A DNA stretch of 64,000 nt from an uncultured Planctomycetota bacterium (GTDB lineage: Bacteria; Planctomycetota; Planctomycetia; Gemmatales; Gemmataceae): contig CAWKHF010000005.1 of NCBI GenBank assembly GCA_963849325.1, forward strand, positions 1,088,001-1,152,000. The letters are read 5' to 3'. The stretch's first letter is position 1; each line of letters begins with the position of its first letter. Shown piece by piece: positions 28,270 through 38,003 of this stretch. The position numbers and the translations under genes are program-made. The notes below the pieces were generated by a model. That model was not told the DNA's origin, ran no database searches, and worked only from the letters and a program-made list of their open reading frames with translations.

Positions 28270-31194
28270 TTACTTTCGCACGGCCGCTTTCTTCATGGCC
28301 TGTGGCGGCGGTTCGTCGGTGAGCGACCAGACGCGGATGGGGAAGTCCGTGCCGCCGGCGACGTACTTGCCGCCGCCCTCTCCCCGTCCTCCGCCGGCGG
28401 TGATGGCCTGTCGGCCGTCGGGCGAGAACTTCACGACCCAAACGAAGCCGGTTTGTCGGAAGAGCTTGCGTTGTTGTCCCGTGGCCGCATCCCACCAGCG
28501 CACCGTGCCGTCGTAGCCGCATGACAGGATACTGTGGCCGTCCGGCGCGGCATCGACGGAAGTGACGCCGCCCGCGTGCCCCTGGAAAGTCCGCACCAGT
28601 TCGCCGCTTTCGACGTTCCATAACTGAATGACGCTCCCGCCGGCCGCGCAAATGGCCTGGCGCTGGTCGGGCATCCAGGCCACGCTATGAATCCATCCCT
28701 GCGTTTGCTGGAACGAACGCAGTTGTTTGCCGCCCTCCACGTCCCACAGCCGCAGCACGCCGTCTCGACCACCGGACAGAAAACGTCGGCCGTCGCGGGC
28801 GAAACGCACGCTGCGGACCCAGTCGGTATGGCCCTCGAACTTGCGAACTTCTCGACCGTTCTCGACCTCCCACAGACGGATGGTCTTATCGCGGCCGCCG
28901 GACAGCAGATGTCGCCCGTCCGGGGCGAAGTCCAGGGCGTTGATGGCGCCGACGTGGCCGTGGAAGCGCCGCAGCTCGGCGCCGGTCTCCACGTCCCAGA
29001 GAAAGACTACGCCGCCGACGCCGGCCGAAACCGCCTGCTTGCCGTCCGGCGAAAAGGCTACCGCGCCGATCTCATTAGGCTGTTCGCGCGGCCCCTTGTC
29101 CACCGCCGACGTGACACCCCGGAAGATGCGGAGTTCCTTGCTCGTTTTCAGGTCCCATAAGCGCACCGTCTTGTCCCCCTCGGGCCAACCGCTGCCCGAG
29201 AGCAGACGACGACCATCGCGGGAAATAACCAGGCTGACTACCGGGCCGGTATGACCACGCAGCAGACGAATCGGCGTCGGCGCTGCCTGCCAGATCTTCA
29301 CCGTGTTGTCCAGGCTGGATGATACGAGCCGTCGGCCGCCGGCGAAGGTCAATCCCGTGACGGCGTTGCCGTGGCCATTCAACCGACTGCGTTGGCTGCC
29401 GGTCGCGGCGTCCCACAAGAAGATGGCGTTGTCGGCGCCGCCACTGGCCAGGGTCTTGCCGGCCGGAGAGAAGGCCAGTGTTGTTACTTCCGCTGTGTGT
29501 CTCTTCAGGGTGGCCCGCTCGCTCTTCTTCGCCATGTCCCACAGCTTGATGGTGCGATCGTCGCTGCCGGAGGCCAGGGTTTGGCCGTCTGGACTGAAGG
29601 CGAGAACCCGTATGGCGTCTTCGTGTCCCTTGAGCGTGACGGGTTCGCTGTCGCCGCTCATCGGCCACAACTTGATGGCGCGATCGCTGCTGCCGGAAGC
29701 GAGTGTCTGACCGTCCGGTGAGAAAGCCAGAGCGCGGATGGATGCTTTGTGACCCTTGAGAATACGTAGTGTTTTGCCCGTGGCGGGCTCCCATAAGCGG
29801 ATAGTTTTGTCGTAGCTGCCGCTGGCCAACGTCTTGCCGTCGGGCGTGAAGGCCAGAGCGTAGACCCAACTGCTGTGGCCCTCCAGCGTGCGAACCTCTT
29901 GGCCGGTCGCCGCGTCCCACAGCTTGATCTTCTGATCGGGACTGCCGCTAGCCAACATCTTGCCGTCCGGCGAATACGCCAGGCAAGTAACCGCGTCGGC
30001 ATGTCCCTTGAGGACGTGACGCTGAATTCCGGTGGCCAACTCGCACAGTTGCACGCTGCCGTTCTCCCCGGCGATGGCCACGCTTTGGCCGTCGGGTGAG
30101 TACGCCAGCGCGAGGACCGGCTGCGGCTCGAAGCGGCGTTCCTTTGTCCGCAGCGTGGCCAACTCCTTGCCTTCCGCCACGTCCCACAGCTTCGCCGTGC
30201 CCTCGTTGCATCCCGTAGCTAAGCGTTTACTATCGGGAGAGAAGGCCAATCCCCAAACAGAGGGAGTCTGGTTGTCGAGGAGAATTCGTTCCTCCAGGGT
30301 GACGGCATCCCACAGTTTCACCTGGCGGTTGTTTCCCGAGGCCGCCAACGTCTTGCCGTCGGGCGAATACCTCACGCACATCACGCTTCCCCCCGGCCCA
30401 GGCAGCGTCTTTCGCTCCTGACCCGTGGCGGCATCCCACAGCTTCACCGTGCCGTCCCAACTGGCCGTGGCGACCGTCTTGCCATCCGGGGAAAAGGTGA
30501 CGAACTCCACGCCATTGGCATGTCCGGTAAGCGTCGTCCGACTTTTGCCGCCGGCCACGTCCCACAAGAGGGCGCGTCGATCGCGGCCGACCGAGGCCAG
30601 CGTCTTGCCGTCGGGAGAAAAGGCGACGCAAAAGACCCGGTCGCTATGCTCCTGGAGGCGCAGCCGCTGCTTTCGCGTGTCCACGTCCCAGACCGTCACA
30701 ACGTTGTCCAGCCCAGCCGCCGCCAGCATCTTGCCGTCCGGCGAGAAGGCGACGCCATTCACCCCGGCCGTGTGTCCGCGCAGGGTGGCGCGAACCGCCC
30801 CCGTAGCCGGGTCGCGCAGCTGCACCGTGTTGTCCAATTCGGCGGTAGCCAGCACCTTGCCGTCGGGGGAAAAGGCGACCGAGCGCACGATGTGGGGCAC
30901 CGGGACCGTGGCGATCCGTCGATCCTTGTTTAGGTCCCACAGGTGAAGCTCGCCTATCGATTGTCCGCCCCGACCGCCGACCATCGCCAGGAGCTTGCCG
31001 TCGGGCGAAAACGCCACGCTGTCCACGGTGAGAACGCGACCCTGGAGAGCAGCGGGATTGGGCAGAAACGACTCGGCCTCCTCTTGGGACTCGGCCTTCG
31101 CCGCCGACTGCTTCTTCGCCTCCGTCTGAGCGAGGTTGGGTTGCGGCGCCAGCACGAACAGACCCGCGAGCACAAGCCAACGAGAACGAACCAT
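28270..31194 (-). CDS. Secreted WD40-repeat protein, about three propellers
   Basis: 974 aa, colinear with 25263-28202. Confidence 0.93.
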   Translation of the reverse strand: MVRSRWLVLAGLFVLAPQPNLAQTEAKKQSAAKAESQEEAESFLPNPAALQGRVLTVDSVAFSPDGKLLAMVGGRGGQSIGELHLWDLNKDRRIATVPVPHIVRSVAFSPDGKVLATAELDNTVQLRDPATGAVRATLRGHTAGVNGVAFSPDGKMLAAAGLDNVVTVWDVDTRKQRLRLQEHSDRVFCVAFSPDGKTLASVGRDRRALLWDVAGGKSRTTLTGHANGVEFVTFSPDGKTVATASWDGTVKLWDAATGQERKTLPGPGGSVMCVRYSPDGKTLAASGNNRQVKLWDAVTLEERILLDNQTPSVWGLAFSPDSKRLATGCNEGTAKLWDVAEGKELATLRTKERRFEPQPVLALAYSPDGQSVAIAGENGSVQLCELATGIQRHVLKGHADAVTCLAYSPDGKMLASGSPDQKIKLWDAATGQEVRTLEGHSSWVYALAFTPDGKTLASGSYDKTIRLWEPATGKTLRILKGHKASIRALAFSPDGQTLASGSSDRAIKLWPMSGDSEPVTLKGHEDAIRVLAFSPDGQTLASGSDDRTIKLWDMAKKSERATLKRHTAEVTTLAFSPAGKTLASGGADNAIFLWDAATGSQRSRLNGHGNAVTGLTFAGGRRLVSSSLDNTVKIWQAAPTPIRLLRGHTGPVVSLVISRDGRRLLSGSGWPEGDKTVRLWDLKTSKELRIFRGVTSAVDKGPREQPNEIGAVAFSPDGKQAVSAGVGGVVFLWDVETGAELRRFHGHVGAINALDFAPDGRHLLSGGRDKTIRLWEVENGREVRKFEGHTDWVRSVRFARDGRRFLSGGRDGVLRLWDVEGGKQLRSFQQTQGWIHSVAWMPDQRQAICAAGGSVIQLWNVESGELVRTFQGHAGGVTSVDAAPDGHSILSCGYDGTVRWWDAATGQQRKLFRQTGFVWVVKFSPDGRQAITAGGGRGEGGGKYVAGGTDFPIRVWSLTDEPPPQAMKKAAVRK

Positions 31195-31271
31195 GAACGA
31201 ACCTCCTTCAATCGAGACGTGTCCTCTTCTCGTCGTCGATCCGTCCCTCTCACTGACGCTCGCGGCCCCCG

Positions 31272-34200
31272 TTACTTTCGCGCGGCCGCTTTCTTCATGG
31301 TCCGCGCCGGCGGTTCGTCGGCGAGCGACCAGACGCGGATGGGGAAGTCCGTGCCGCCGGCGACGTACTTGCCGTCGCCCGCACTCCGCCCTCCGCCGGC
31401 GGTGAAGGCCTGTCGGCCGTCGAGAGAGAACTTCACGGCCCGCGTGAAATAGTTATGCGGGAAAAGTTTGCGCTGCTGGCCGGTGTCCGCGTCCCACAAG
31501 CGCACGGAGAAATCGTAGCCGCACGACAGAATCCGATGGCCGTCCGGCGACACGTCCACGCCGGTGACGCCGTAGACGTGCCCCTGGAAGGTCCGCAGCA
31601 ACTCGCCGCGCTCGACGTCCCACAACTGCAAGACGCTGCCGCCGGCCCCGCAGACGGCCCGGCGATTGTCGGGCATCCAGGCCACGCACTCCGTCCATCC
31701 CTTCGGTCCGGCCTGGAACGAACGCAGTGGTTTGTCCTTCTCGATGTCCCACAAGCGCATCATCCCATCTCGGCCGCCGGACAGGAAGCGCCGGCCGTCG
31801 CCTGCCAAGCGCACACTGCGGACCCATTCCGTATGTCCCTCGAACTTACGAACCTGACGGCCGGTCTTGACGTCCCAGAGACGGATGCTCTTGTCCTCCC
31901 CAGCGGAGAGCACGTGCCGTCCGTCCGGTGCGAAGTCGAGTCCGGAAACGATGCCGGCGTGGCCGTGGAAACGTCGCCGTTCCGCGCCTGTCTCCACGTC
32001 CCACAGGATCACGACACCGCCGACGCCGGCCGAGACGGCTTGCTTGCCGTCCGGCGAAAAAGCCACGGCCTCGATCTGATGGGGTTGTTCTCCCGCTCGA
32101 AAGACGCGAAGTTCCTTGCCCGTTTTCAGATCCCATAAGCGCACCGTCTTGTCCCCCTCGGGCCAACCGCTGCCCGAGAGCAGACGACGACCATCGCGGG
32201 AAATAACCAGGCTGATCACCGGGCCGGTATGTCCGCGCAGCAGACGAATCGGCGCCAGTGCCGCCCGCCAGATCTTTACCGTATTGTCCAGGCTGGATGA
32301 TACGAGCCGTCGGCCGTCCGCGAACCTCAAGCCCGTGACGGCGTTGCTGTGGCCATTCAATCGACTGCGTTGGCTGCCGGTCGCGGCGTCCCAAAGCAGG
32401 ATGGCGTTGTCGGCGCCGCCGCTGGCCAGGGTCTTGCCCGCGGGCGAGAAGGCCAGCGTCATGACCTCGGCGTTGTGGCCCTTGAGCGTGGCCCGCTCGC
32501 TCTTGCCGGCCACGTCCCACAACTTGATTACCTGATCGTCGCCGCCGGAGGCCAGCGTTTTGCCATCCGGGCTGAAGGCCAGGGTGCGAATCGCGCCTTC
32601 ATGTCCCTTGAGCGTGACGGGTTCGCCGTCGCCGCTCATCGGCCACAATTTGATGGCGCGATCGCTGCTGCCGGAAGCGAGCGTCTGGCCGTCCGGTGAG
32701 AAAGCGAGAGCTCGGATGGATGCTTTGTGCCCCTTGAGAATACGCAGCAATTTGCCCGTGAGGGGATCCCAGAGGCGGATGGTTTTGTCGTAGCTGCCGC
32801 TGGCCAGCGTCTTGCCGTCGGGCGTGAAGGCCAGAGCGTAGACCCAACTGCTGTGGCCCTCCAGCGTGCGGATTTCCTGGCCGGTCGCCGCGTCCCACAG
32901 CTTGATCTTCTGATCGGGACTGCCGCTGGCCAGGAGTTTGCCGTCCGGCGAATACGCCAGGCAAGTAACCACGTCGGCATGTCCCTTGAGGACGTGACGC
33001 TGAATTCCGGTGGCCAGCTCGCACATCTGCACGCTGCCGTTCTCGCCGGCGATGGCCACGCTCTTACCGTCGGGCGAAGAGGCCAGCGCGAGGACCGGCT
33101 GCGGCTCGAAGCGACGCTCCCTCACCGGCCGCACTGTGGCCAACTCCTTGCCTTCCGTCACGTCCCACAGCTTCACCGTCCCCTCATTATTCCCTGCCGC
33201 CAGGCGTTTGCTATCGGGAGAGATGGCCAATCCCCAAACGGTGGAAGTCTGGTTGTCGAGGAGGGTCCGTTCCTCCAGGGTGACGGCATCCCACAGCTTC
33301 ACCTGACCATTGCCTCCCGAGGCCGCCAGCGTCTTGCCGTCTGGCGAATATTTCACGCACATCACGCTTCCTCCCGGACCCGGCAGCGTCTTTTGCTCCT
33401 GGCCCGTGGCGGCATCCCAGAGTTTCACCCGACCATCCCAACTGGACGTGGCGATGGTCTTGCCATCCGGGGAAAAGGTGACGCACTCCACCGCATTGGC
33501 ATGTCCGGCAAGAGTGGTCCGGACCTTGCCCGTGCCCGCATCCCACAGGATGGCGCTGCGATCCTTGCTCGCCGAGGCCAACGTCTTGCCGTCGGGAGAG
33601 AAGGCCACGCACAGGACCATGTCGGTGTGTCCCTGCAAGCGCAGCCGTTGCTTTCGCGTGTCCACGTCCCAGACGGTCACGACCTTGTCCAGCCCGGCCG
33701 CCGCCAGCATCCTGCCGTCCGGCGCGAAGGCGACGGCGTTGACGCCGATCGTGTGCCCCTCAAGGGCGGCACGCATCGCCCCGGTCGCCGGGTCGCGTAG
33801 CTTCACGGTGCCGTCGAACTCGCCGGTAGCCAGGATCTTGCCATCGGGAGAGAAGGCCACCGAGCGCACGACATGAGGCAGCGGGACCGTGACGGCCAGT
33901 CGATCTTTGTTGATGTCCCACAGACGAAGCTCGCCCGCTCCCGAGTTGACGCCGCGACCGGCGGCCATGGCCAGGAGCTTGCCGTCGGGGGAGAAAGCCA
34001 CGCTGTCCACGGGAAGGATGCGGCCCTGAAGAGAGGTTGGATTGGGCAGGAACGACTCGGCCTCTCCTTGCGTCTCCGTCTTCGCCGCCGGCTGCTTCTT
34101 CGCCTCGGTGTCGCCGGCCGGCTTCGTTTCCGTCTGGGCCAGGTTCGGCCGCAGCGCCAGCAACAGCAGACCGGCCAGTATGAGTATCCCTCTTCCCGAC

Positions 34201-35300
34201 CGCGACAATTGTTTGGGAGCGCCACCGTCCATGATGAGTCTCAACCTCCGTTTGAGTAGTTCGATGCCGGCCAGGCCACTCGCCATCGCCGGCAGAGGCC
34301 AGCGATCCTCCGCCAGGAAATCGAGGGTGTTGAGGATGGCAGCGGCATAAGTCCGCGCCGGCACCTCGCCGACCACCCAGGCATCGCAGCATTCTTCCTC
34401 GTGGACGTGCAGGCGCCGGCGAGCCAGCCACACTACAGGATACCACCAATACAGCGCCGAGACGACAAGCTCCAACCAGCGCACCCAGTGGTCGCGCCGC
34501 CGGACGTGCGCCAGCTCGTGCGCCAGCAGACTGCCGCGCTCCGCCGGATCGAGTCGTTCGAGCAGCTTTGTCGGGAAGAAGATCCGCACTCGGCCAACCG
34601 CCGCCCACACCAGCGGCGGCAGCGGTCCCGGCAACAGCCCTATCTCCGGGCAGCGTCTTAACCCCATGTGTCGGGCCAGGCAACGGGCCTGCTCCTGAAC
34701 GTCGGCGTCCGCGGGGCGAGCGTACCGCAACAGACGCTGAAAGCGGACGATGTACGTGCTGCCCCAGGCGAGCCAGACCGCGACCCCCGCCAGCCAAACG
34801 ACGCCGAGCAGGGAAACACACCCTTGCAAGCTCCGAGACTGCGGCTCGATGCCCTTCGCCGACGGAATCGCCGCAGGGGCGGAGGCCGGCTTCACCAGGG
34901 TATATTCGATGTCCGACGGGTCGAGGGCGGGCGGCGCGCTCGCCTTCTTTCGCTGCGGAAGCCCTGCTCTCGCCGGCTTGACCCGGAGAGGAACCAAGGG
35001 CGCCGCTCCTTCGGCTTCGCTCGTCCAAAGGATCGGCTCGGCCGGATCGGAAGAGGGCAGCGTGACAATCACGTGCTCCATTGCCGCCGGCGCCATCTCG
35101 GCGGGAGCAGCCGGTTCTTGCGGCAGATGGGCGACGGTCACGGGCCACAAGGGCGGCGTGACGAGTTTGAGCAGGACCAGCAGCCAGAGGCCATGCAGCA
35201 CTGCGGGCCGCCGGCAGAATCGGCCGACGAGCACGGCGACAAGAGCGAGCACGCCGGCACAGACGGCGTTGGCCAGACCGATAGGTACGAGCGCGGACAT
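31272..35300 (-). CDS. BlaR1/M56 metallopeptidase fused to a triple WD40 propeller
   Basis: LWLLVLLKLVTPP, LAHELAHVRRRDH, WWYPVVW, EECCD and LKRRL, then a TM helix and WD40 repeats. Confidence 0.93.
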   Translation of the reverse strand: MSALVPIGLANAVCAGVLALVAVLVGRFCRRPAVLHGLWLLVLLKLVTPPLWPVTVAHLPQEPAAPAEMAPAAMEHVIVTLPSSDPAEPILWTSEAEGAAPLVPLRVKPARAGLPQRKKASAPPALDPSDIEYTLVKPASAPAAIPSAKGIEPQSRSLQGCVSLLGVVWLAGVAVWLAWGSTYIVRFQRLLRYARPADADVQEQARCLARHMGLRRCPEIGLLPGPLPPLVWAAVGRVRIFFPTKLLERLDPAERGSLLAHELAHVRRRDHWVRWLELVVSALYWWYPVVWLARRRLHVHEEECCDAWVVGEVPARTYAAAILNTLDFLAEDRWPLPAMASGLAGIELLKRRLRLIMDGGAPKQLSRSGRGILILAGLLLLALRPNLAQTETKPAGDTEAKKQPAAKTETQGEAESFLPNPTSLQGRILPVDSVAFSPDGKLLAMAAGRGVNSGAGELRLWDINKDRLAVTVPLPHVVRSVAFSPDGKILATGEFDGTVKLRDPATGAMRAALEGHTIGVNAVAFAPDGRMLAAAGLDKVVTVWDVDTRKQRLRLQGHTDMVLCVAFSPDGKTLASASKDRSAILWDAGTGKVRTTLAGHANAVECVTFSPDGKTIATSSWDGRVKLWDAATGQEQKTLPGPGGSVMCVKYSPDGKTLAASGGNGQVKLWDAVTLEERTLLDNQTSTVWGLAISPDSKRLAAGNNEGTVKLWDVTEGKELATVRPVRERRFEPQPVLALASSPDGKSVAIAGENGSVQMCELATGIQRHVLKGHADVVTCLAYSPDGKLLASGSPDQKIKLWDAATGQEIRTLEGHSSWVYALAFTPDGKTLASGSYDKTIRLWDPLTGKLLRILKGHKASIRALAFSPDGQTLASGSSDRAIKLWPMSGDGEPVTLKGHEGAIRTLAFSPDGKTLASGGDDQVIKLWDVAGKSERATLKGHNAEVMTLAFSPAGKTLASGGADNAILLWDAATGSQRSRLNGHSNAVTGLRFADGRRLVSSSLDNTVKIWRAALAPIRLLRGHTGPVISLVISRDGRRLLSGSGWPEGDKTVRLWDLKTGKELRVFRAGEQPHQIEAVAFSPDGKQAVSAGVGGVVILWDVETGAERRRFHGHAGIVSGLDFAPDGRHVLSAGEDKSIRLWDVKTGRQVRKFEGHTEWVRSVRLAGDGRRFLSGGRDGMMRLWDIEKDKPLRSFQAGPKGWTECVAWMPDNRRAVCGAGGSVLQLWDVERGELLRTFQGHVYGVTGVDVSPDGHRILSCGYDFSVRLWDADTGQQRKLFPHNYFTRAVKFSLDGRQAFTAGGGRSAGDGKYVAGGTDFPIRVWSLADEPPARTMKKAAARK

Positions 35301-35325
35301 GATGTGGTCCTCGGCGCGAGGGGTG

Positions 35326-35724
35326 TCACTTCGATTTGTTCTTGCGATCGAGCTGGTCGATAAGGTCGCGCAGTTCGCGGCGTTCCCTGGAGGACAGCGC
35401 CTCGGCGCGGACCAGGTGCGTCAGCAGCGGCGCCATCAGTCCGCCGCACAGCTTCTCGGCCATGGCCCGCAAGCGATGGCCGACGAGCGTGTCGCGGTCG
35501 GTGCGGGCCCGGAAGCGGTGAGCGTGGCCGCTGCGGTCGCGTTCGACGTGGCCCTTGCCTTCCAGGCGTTCGAGCAGCTTCTGCACCGTCGCATAGTGGG
35601 CGTCGTTGCCCTCGGGATAAAGAACGTCGGTCAACTGGCGAATGTTGGCCGAGCCGCGGTCCCACAGCACTTGCAGGACCGCCAACTCGGCGTCGGTGAC
35701 GTCTTGCGGGACTTTCTCCGTCAT
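35326..35724 (-). CDS. BlaI/MecI/CopY family repressor
   Basis: TDAELAVLQVLW, YATVQKLLERLEGKGHV and LSSRERRELRDLI. Confidence 0.93.
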   Translation of the reverse strand: MTEKVPQDVTDAELAVLQVLWDRGSANIRQLTDVLYPEGNDAHYATVQKLLERLEGKGHVERDRSGHAHRFRARTDRDTLVGHRLRAMAEKLCGGLMAPLLTHLVRAEALSSRERRELRDLIDQLDRKNKSK

Positions 35725-35761
35725 TGCGGAACACCCTGCCTCGGGTTGGTGAAGGAAACTG

Positions 35762-35811
35762 AGACAATGCGTCTGAGAGATGAGACTAAGACAGGTTGTC
35801 TGGGAAGTCAA
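35762..35811 (-). promoter_or_regulatory. sigma70 promoter with two putative BlaI-type operators
   Basis: TTGACT-17 nt-TAGTCT; palindromes AGACAGGTTGTCT (35789-35801) and AGACAATGCGTCT (35762-35774). Confidence 0.75.
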
Positions 35812-35847
35812 GAGGTTTTTTGGAGACAGGGCGATTTTTCCGGATCG

Positions 35848-35900
35848 GAGCCGTGAGCGTCAGCGAGCGGGACTGACCGCTCGCTGACGCTCGCGGCTCG
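35848..35900. repeat. REP-like palindrome (family C variant)
   Basis: GAGCCGTGAGCGTCAGCGAGCGG / CCGCTCGCTGACGCTCGCGGCTC. Confidence 0.8.
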
Positions 35901-35926
35901 GACCTGGTAATGTTTCCTAGCGCGGC

Positions 35927-36970
35927 TCAGGAGAGGTTGACGGGACGGGAGTACAGCCGATCCAGCACGGTGCCGCTCGCCGCCTGCAGTGCCAGGTGCT
36001 CGACCATCGGCGCCCAGCGTCCGCCCGCCAGACCGTCGGCGAGGAGGGCGGCCCCCTGGGCGGCGTGCTTCACCCACGCTCCCAACAAAGGCTCCAGGAC
36101 CAACACGGGGGCGAGCAGACCGAGATCCAGCGCCACTTGTTCCACTAGATCCGGCTCACTCTCCAGCAATCGCCCCGACAGCACCACTTCCTCGAACTTC
36201 GTCACCGCCCGCAAGCCGGCCACCGCCTTCCGCAGCGATTCGCGGAACAGCTGACGGGCCATCGCCGCGTCCGGGATCGAGGCCACTCCGCCCGCGAACA
36301 AATCGCGCTTTTGTAAGGGAGAAAGCAGATACGCCAATTCGCCATCCCACGCTCCGCAGCCGCGCCATCCCGGTGGACCGCTCGTCCCGCCCAGGCCGTC
36401 CACGATGCGCCCGCCGTTAAGGACCAGGCAGGCCGTGAAGGCCGAACCCAGTTCGACGACACAGCCGTGATAGGCACTCCATTCGATGTCCAACTTCCGT
36501 GTCCGCTGCGCCAGCGCCAGGGCGGCGACGCACAGCTTGTCGGCGGTGCCCAGGTCGATGCGGTTGATCTTGCGATGGGCCGGCACCGTCGGCAGGTGCA
36601 TGACGCCGGGCAGAAAGACGATGGGCAAGTCGGAGGCCCGCAGCGCTCGCAGCAGCGACGAAAAGCCGAGGACGCCCTGGCGCCCGGCGTCGTCGGGTCC
36701 GCGTTCGTCCGGCCGAACGAGCGTCATCAGGGCGAGGTCGCGCTCCGTGCAGTCGGCGCGGCGGACCAGCGGCAGACCGTAGCCGGAAGGTCCGGCGATG
36801 AGGTGAAAGGGGCCGCGTTCGCTCAGCCAGCGGACGGGCAGAGCGGGATCGGCTTGCAGTTCTTGAGGTGTGAAGCGACACTGTTCGCCGACGACGCCGT
36901 CTTCGAGAATGACGACGTCGAGACTGCTGCTGCCGGGATCGGTGCCGGCCACGCGGATCGACGCTGCCAT
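35927..36970 (-). CDS. DUF1464 family protein (ASKHA fold, C1-cluster associated)
   Basis: RVAGTDPGSSSLD, AGPSGYGLP, HRKINRIDLGTADK and VKHAAQGAALLADGLAGG. Confidence 0.8.
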   Translation of the reverse strand: MAASIRVAGTDPGSSSLDVVILEDGVVGEQCRFTPQELQADPALPVRWLSERGPFHLIAGPSGYGLPLVRRADCTERDLALMTLVRPDERGPDDAGRQGVLGFSSLLRALRASDLPIVFLPGVMHLPTVPAHRKINRIDLGTADKLCVAALALAQRTRKLDIEWSAYHGCVVELGSAFTACLVLNGGRIVDGLGGTSGPPGWRGCGAWDGELAYLLSPLQKRDLFAGGVASIPDAAMARQLFRESLRKAVAGLRAVTKFEEVVLSGRLLESEPDLVEQVALDLGLLAPVLVLEPLLGAWVKHAAQGAALLADGLAGGRWAPMVEHLALQAASGTVLDRLYSRPVNLS

Positions 36971-37839
36971 CAAAGGCCCTCGCCCAGGGCGTAAACCTGC
37001 TCGGCGTCCAGCACCTGATCGTTGCGCTCGAACAGGCGAGCGATGGCGGCCTTGTGGATCTTCATCTTGGTATCGCCGACGCCGACGGCGCCGTAAGCGA
37101 CGACACCGTCGCGCTCGGCGCCCTTGTCGATGACGTTGACGCCTTCGATACCCGTGGGCGGCACGGCGTTGAGGTCGATCATCACGCGCAGGCTTGGACA
37201 ATCGCGGCGGGCGTCGCGCGGCAGGAGGGTGATGCCGGCGGCGCCGGCGGCGACAACCAGGTTGCGCTGGTCGAGGGCGGAGGCGAGGTCGCCGGCCCAG
37301 TCGGTTGCGGCCGGCTCCAGTCGAGCGTCCGGCACCCGAGCGCGGATCGCCTCGGCCACGGCCGCCGCCTTCGCCAGTTGCCGCGAGCCGATGCAAACGT
37401 CGGCGCCTTGTCGCGCCAGCAGCAGGGCCACGCGCTGGCCAACCGGGCCGGTGCCGCCCAGCACCAGCGCCTTGGCCGTCTTCAGATCCAGGTGTCGCGC
37501 CGCCGCCCGCACCGCCGCCGCCGCCGTGGTGTTGGCCCCGTTGGCGTCGAGCAGGACCGACACGCGCAAGCCGAACTGCGGCAGCATGTGCTTGCACGCC
37601 TCGGCCAGCAGTTTCTCGCCCAGGGCCACGTCACTGCCGCCCAGAAACAACGCCGTGCGATGCAGGTCCTTCGGCCCCCGCGTGAAGATGGCCCCGTGGA
37701 CCTTCTCGCGCACCGTCTCCGGCCTCACGCCGCCGTAACTGAGCACCTCGTCGGCGCCGGCGTCGTAGGCGACGACGCGGTCGAACACGCTGGGGTGCGG
37801 ATCGCTGTCGAGTTGGATGAGGAGCTTGCGTTTTTCCAC
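36970..37839 (-). CDS. Methylene-H4MPT/H4F dehydrogenase (MtdA/MtdC type)
   Basis: PSVFDRVVAYDAG, VHGAIFTRG, DANGANTTAAAA, GGTGPVG and DLNAVPP. Confidence 0.9.
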   Translation of the reverse strand: MEKRKLLIQLDSDPHPSVFDRVVAYDAGADEVLSYGGVRPETVREKVHGAIFTRGPKDLHRTALFLGGSDVALGEKLLAEACKHMLPQFGLRVSVLLDANGANTTAAAAVRAAARHLDLKTAKALVLGGTGPVGQRVALLLARQGADVCIGSRQLAKAAAVAEAIRARVPDARLEPAATDWAGDLASALDQRNLVVAAGAAGITLLPRDARRDCPSLRVMIDLNAVPPTGIEGVNVIDKGAERDGVVAYGAVGVGDTKMKIHKAAIARLFERNDQVLDAEQVYALGEGL

Positions 37840-37870
37840 GGTCCCCTCCCTTGAGAGCCTGTTCCGAAAG

Positions 37871-37968
37871 CCCCTCTCCCCCGCTTCGGGGGAGAGGGGT
37901 TGGGGGTGAGGGGGAGGAGTGGCCCCCTCACCCCCAACCCCTCTCCCCCGAAGCGGGGGAGAGGGGAG
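37871..37968. repeat. REP-like palindrome, family F (inverted doublet)
   Basis: CCCCTCTCCCCCGCTTCGGGGGAGAGGGGTTGGGGGTGAGGGGG followed by its inverted copy. Confidence 0.9.
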
Positions 37969-38003
37969 CTTAAGGAATATACTCTGAGGCCGCAAGCGCG
38001 CCG

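Noticed and set aside
23277-34100. WD40 paralog array as a diversity-generating retroelement
   Set aside because: No reverse transcriptase in the window, and I saw no short template/variable repeat pair with adenine-specific differences.
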